This document shows, piece after piece, positions 59,111 through 64,000 of a DNA stretch of 64,000 bases (its first letter is position 1; every line of letters starts with the position of its first letter). Under the pieces are notes generated by a model. The model had not been told where the DNA came from. It did no database searches and saw nothing but the letters and a program-made list of their open reading frames with translations. A program made the translations under genes and the position numbers. The DNA is from Octopus sinensis (taxonomy: Eukaryota): the NCBI RefSeq assembly GCF_006345805.1, contig NC_043006.1:26288001-26352000 (forward strand), written 5' to 3'.

Positions 59111-59366
59111 TTGCAGCGTTGAAGGTGTTTATAAGCCATTTAAGAAACACACAAAAACCGTTAGATTCACTTCAACATTTAAATTTATTTGTCAAAATAT
59201 TTTCGTCGCTTTGAGACCGCGACCTGTTAGCACGATATTTTTGTCAGTGAACAGGTCGCGGTCTCAAAGCGACGAAAATATTTTAGCAAATTAAATTTAA
59301 ATGTTGAAGTGAATGTAACGTTTTTTGTGTTTCTTAAATGGCTTACAAACACCTTCCACGCTGCAA
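59111..59366. repeat. 256-bp fold-back (arms ~118 bp, 21-nt loop)
   Basis: 59111-59228 is the reverse complement of 59250-59366 with roughly 8 differences by eye. Confidence 0.95.
59240..59290 (+). ncRNA. Hammerhead-like motif with G3-C8 variant core
   Basis: UUUGUCA-GUGAACA-G-GUCGC/GCGAC-GAAA-AUAUUU-UAGCAAA (UGACAAA in the opposite arm). Confidence 0.55.
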
Positions 59367-59439
59367 TATATATATACACACATATATATATATGTATGTA
59401 TGTGTGTATATGTGTATGCATGTATGTGTGTGTGTGTGT

Positions 59440-59660
59440 GTGCGTGTCTGTGCTTGTGATTGTCCTCCACCACTGCTTGACAATGAATGTTGGTTTGTTT
59501 ACATCCCTGTCACCTAGTGGTTTGACAAAGGAAACAGATAGAATAAGTACACTGCTTACAAAAATAAAACTGGAGTTGATTCATTAAACTACAATTCTTC
59601 AAGGCATTGCCCCAGCATGGCCACAGACCAATGGCTGGAAAAAGCAGAAGAATAAAAGAA
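59440..59660 (+). mobile_element. tRNA-SINE 3' portion (family of 3514-3933)
   Basis: CTTGACAA..GTTGGT.TGTTTAC..GATAGAATAAGTAC body and CCAGCATGGCC tail. Confidence 0.75.
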
Positions 59661-59727
59661 TATATTCTCTGCTTTGGTCTTATGTTCAAGGCATGAGAAA
59701 GCTTGAGTTTACATGAGAAGGCCTAAC

Positions 59728-59995
59728 AGACCTGGTAGAAAACAGCAGCCAAATCTCCCTCAAATCACACCTTACTGTCTTATGTATGTATATATATATG
59801 AGCCAATGAGGGGGACCTCTACATGGTAGCTAGACCTGGTAGAAATAGCAGCCAAATTTCCCCCAAATCACACCTTACTGTCTTATCTATGTATATATGT
59901 ATGAGCCTATGAGGGAGACCCCTACATGGCAGCTAGACATGTAGAAATAGCAGCTAAATCTCCCTCAAATCACACCTTACTGTCTTATCTTTCTG
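59728..59995 (+). repeat. ~120-bp tandem repeat, about 2.3 units
   Basis: GTAGAAATAGCAGCCAAATCTCCCTCAAATCACACCTTACTGTCTTAT recurs at ~59737, ~59839, ~59941. Confidence 0.9.
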
Positions 59996-60463
59996 CTACT
60001 TGGATATAGGTGTTATATTCATCGCAAAAAACTTTCCTGTCACACACTCACGCACACGCACCCTCACACACACGGGCACACCCGCACTGACACACACGTT
60101 AGCTTACAATTTTATTTATATATTTGCGTGTCTATGTGTGGAAAGAGGAAGTGGGAGGCAGAGTGAAAGAATCACTCACTACAGTAAGTGAATTAGTTTC
60201 ATTTTATTCGTTGCCCACTGTGTGTGTGCGTTTGCGTGTGGTATAAACCAGACTAAGAAAAGCATTTGACACACACACCAGAATGTGAGTTTTCTGTAAA
60301 TTTTGCTTAATTGGAGTTTAAATTTTGAAAACTGGACCTGGCATGACGCGATGCATTGTACTCTTAAAAATGCTAGGTAAATTATAATTGAAGAAATCCT
60401 ATATTGTAGATTTGTATAACTCCCAAAGGGAGGCAGATAAAATCTGCCTTTTATAATAAGAGA
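59996..60463 (-). mobile_element. Helitron-like element family C, inverted relative to 56420-56890
   Basis: Reverse-complement match over ~460 bp including the 5' hairpin. Confidence 0.6.
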
Positions 60464-62410
60464 TATATACATAGATATATACATACATATGTACATACAT
60501 ATATACATATATAGATATATATACATATGTACATATCTATACATATATAGATATATATACATATATATATACATACATATATATATACATACATATGTAC
60601 ATATATATATATACATACATATGTACATATATATATATACATACATATGTACATATATATATACACATACATATGTACATATATATATACACATATATAT
60701 ATATACATATATATATACACAATATATATATACATAAATATATACACATATATATATATACATAAATATATACACATATATATATACATAAATAGATATA
60801 TATACATAAATATATACATATATATATATATATACATACACATATATACATACACATACATATACATAAATATATACATATATACATACATATATATATA
60901 CACAAATATATATATATACACAAATATATATATACATAAATATATACATATATATATATGTATATACATAATTATATACATATATACATAATTATATACA
61001 TATATACGTAAATATATACATATATATATATATATGTATATACATAAATATATACCTATATACATATATATATACAAATATACATATATATATACCAATA
61101 TACATATATATATATACATATATATACATATATACATATATATATACATACATATATACATATATACATACACATACATATATACATACATATACATATA
61201 TACATACATATACACATACATATATATATACATACATATATATACACATACATATATACATATATATATACACATATATATATTCATATATATATACATA
61301 TATACATATACACATATATATATATACATATATACATATACACATATATATATATACATATATATATATACATATACACATACATATATATATATACATA
61401 TACACATACATATATACATATATATATACACATACATATATACATATATATATACACATACACATACATATATACATATACACATACACATACATATATA
61501 CATATATATATACACATACACATACATATATACATATATATATACACATACACATACATATATACATATATATATACACATACACATACATATATATATA
61601 CACATACACATACATATATATATACACATACACATACATATATATATACACATACACATACATATATATATACACATACACATATATATATATATATACA
61701 CATACATATATATATATATACACATACACATATATATATATACATATATATACACATACACATATATATATATACATATATATACACATATATATATATA
61801 CATATATATACACATACACATATATATATATACATATATATACACATACACATATATATATATATATACATATATATACACATACACATATATATACATA
61901 TATATACACAATACACATATATTAATATACATATATATACACATACACTCATATATATATACATATATATACACATACACATGTTATATACATAATATAC
62001 ATATATATAATATACTATATATATACATTATATATATATATACATATACATATCATATATACATATATATATATAACATATAACATATATACATATATAT
62101 TATATACATATATACATATATATATATACATATATACATATATAACATATATATACATATATACATATATACATATATATACATATATACATATATACAT
62201 ATATATTATAACAATATATACATATATATACATATATACATATATATACATATATACATATATATATATATACATATATACATTATACATATATATACTA
62301 TATATATATTACATATATATATAATATACATATATACATATATACATATATACATATACACATACATATATACATATATATATATAATATATACATACAC
62401 ATACATATAT
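60464..62410. repeat. ~1.95-kb compound (TA)/(TACA)/(TACACA) microsatellite
   Basis: Direct inspection. Confidence 0.97.
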
Positions 62411-64000
62411 ACTCTTTTACTATTACTCTTTTACTTGTTTCAGCCATCAGGCTGAGGGCCATGCTGGGGCACCGCCATTGTTTGCTACCCTCTCTAAGTC
62501 CAGTTTGCCGTGGCTGGCCACTGATCTAAGAGAGAGTTTGTAGCTGCTGCCCTTAGGTTACCTTCGTACCTTGCAGTGGGTTCATCTGGGATCCAGGAAA
62601 GCAGATTGTCTAGATTGTTTTTTGAAAATGTCCACATCCGCATCATGTAGATCTCTTAGTTTTCTTGGCAGTTTGTTGAACAGCTGAGGGCCCCTGAACC
62701 CCAGCTATTACAGTATCTGCTTCCTACCCTGGATGTGGAAGACGGGACCTTTGGCACCACACAGTGACGACCTGTACGGGGATTGGAAAGCTCTCAATTC
62801 CAAAATTGGTGCTAGTCCCTCCAGGATTTTCCATATGTATATCACTGCATATCTCTCTCGTCTTCGTTCCAAGGAGTACAAATTGAGTCCCTAAGCCTCT
62901 CCCAATAGTTTTTTTCTTTCATGGTGGAAATCCTCTTGGTGAAATGTCTTTGGATTGTCTCAAGCTCTGTGGTTAGTTTGACACTATGCGGTGACCACAG
63001 TTGGGAGCAGTAGTCTAGGCGGCTTAGGACAAATGTCCTCCATAGTGTCAACATGGTCTCGCAGTCTCTTGTCCGGAATGTCCTCAGGATCCAGCCAGTG
63101 AGTCGTCTGCACATTGTCGCCACCTTCGCGATGTGTGAAGAAAAAGGATGCATCGTCACTCATGTCTATCCCCAGGTCCGTATTGATTTCGATACTGGGA
63201 TTTCGATCCCTCCTGGACCAGTATAGTTGTGTTGTAATGTATATGTGTTTACAGCTTATATTGTAAGGCTTGAATTTACCAGCATTAAATTGCATGTTGT
63301 TTCTTCAGCCCATTGTATATGGCATCCAGATCTTGTTGTAAAGGTCAGCATCAGCTGGGTTTTTAATTGCCTGTGCTACTTGTGTCATCAGCATAGCTAG
63401 TGAGGATGTTGTTTGTGCTACCAAGGGCATGTCAGAGCGCCACCAAAAACAGCAAGGGTCCCAAGACTGTGCCCTGTGGACCCCGCTTGCTATTGGTGTT
63501 TTCCGAGAGGGCTCCATTGGCTGCAACCATCTGGATTCTGTCCTTCAGGAAGTCATTATCCACTCACCTACTTTTCCTGTTATGCCGAGTCTGAGTAATT
63601 TGTGACATATCACTCCGTGGTCGACTTTGTCAAAGGCCTTCGCAAAGTCGAGATATACCACATCCACCTGTGAGCGATCCAGTAGTTGTTCAGTACCCAG
63701 TCGTAGTGTTGTAAAACAGCTGTTAAGGCAGCTTCTTCCTGGGCGAAAGCCATGCTGTGTGTGTCAGTGAGACGGTTAGTTTCTTCGAGGAAGTGATCAG
63801 TTTTTTTTTCTGATTCGTTCCATGACCTTACTTATGTGTGACGTCAGGGAGACTGGCCTGTAGTTTTGGCCTCGGCCTTCTACTCCCTCTTTGTGGATAG
63901 GGCATATGGTGCCTTCTTTTAGCGCCCTGGGCAGTTTACCGTTAGCCAAGGAACCACTGAAGAGCATCTTCAGTGGTCCGCAGGGCATGCCTGCATGTTT
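62411..64000 (-). mobile_element. CR1-group LINE 3' part (RT, C-terminal region, 3' tail); continues past window end
   Basis: NYRPVSLTSHISKVMER, HGFRPGRSC, VDVVYLDFAKAFDKVDH, LSRLDYCSQLWSP..ELETIQR..YWERL; frameshifted; tail ends AGTAAAAGAGT. Confidence 0.9.

Overview
AT-rich, repeat-dominated animal genomic DNA. The SINE/LINE repertoire and the (TA)n/(TACA)n arrays suggest an octopus-like cephalopod (inference). The only conventional gene I can support is the 5' part of MED1 (Mediator subunit 1) on the minus strand. It has three phase-consistent coding exons (4683-4789, 2236-2314, 1231-1418), a candidate start-codon exon at 13658-13717 and a candidate promoter near 14.1-14.3 kb; the gene continues past position 1. 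The rest is nested, mostly decayed mobile DNA: two piggyBac subfamilies (decayed transposase copies, a deletion derivative, TTAA-flanked MITEs), RTE and CR1-like LINEs with partner SINEs, hAT and Gypsy fragments, Helitrons, and probable Penelope-like (PLE) remnants. Most long ORFs in the supplied track are microsatellite artefacts. The most interesting signal is a set of hammerhead-ribozyme (HHR) motifs in unrelated small repeats. (1) An intact type-I HHR at 50228-50329 (-). (2) A tRNA-headed SINE carrying a minimal HHR, inserted as one unit with an inverted copy of its tail inside a 13-bp target-site duplication (36660-36942). (3) An HHR-topology motif with a compensatory G3-C8 core swap inside a 256-bp fold-back element (59240-59290). 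(4) A degraded core at ~17327. Together they suggest a system of ribozyme-bearing non-autonomous retroelements mobilised by PLEs. This is inference, and cleavage activity is untested. All structures and alignments were read by eye; no database searches were run, and approximate boundaries are marked ~.
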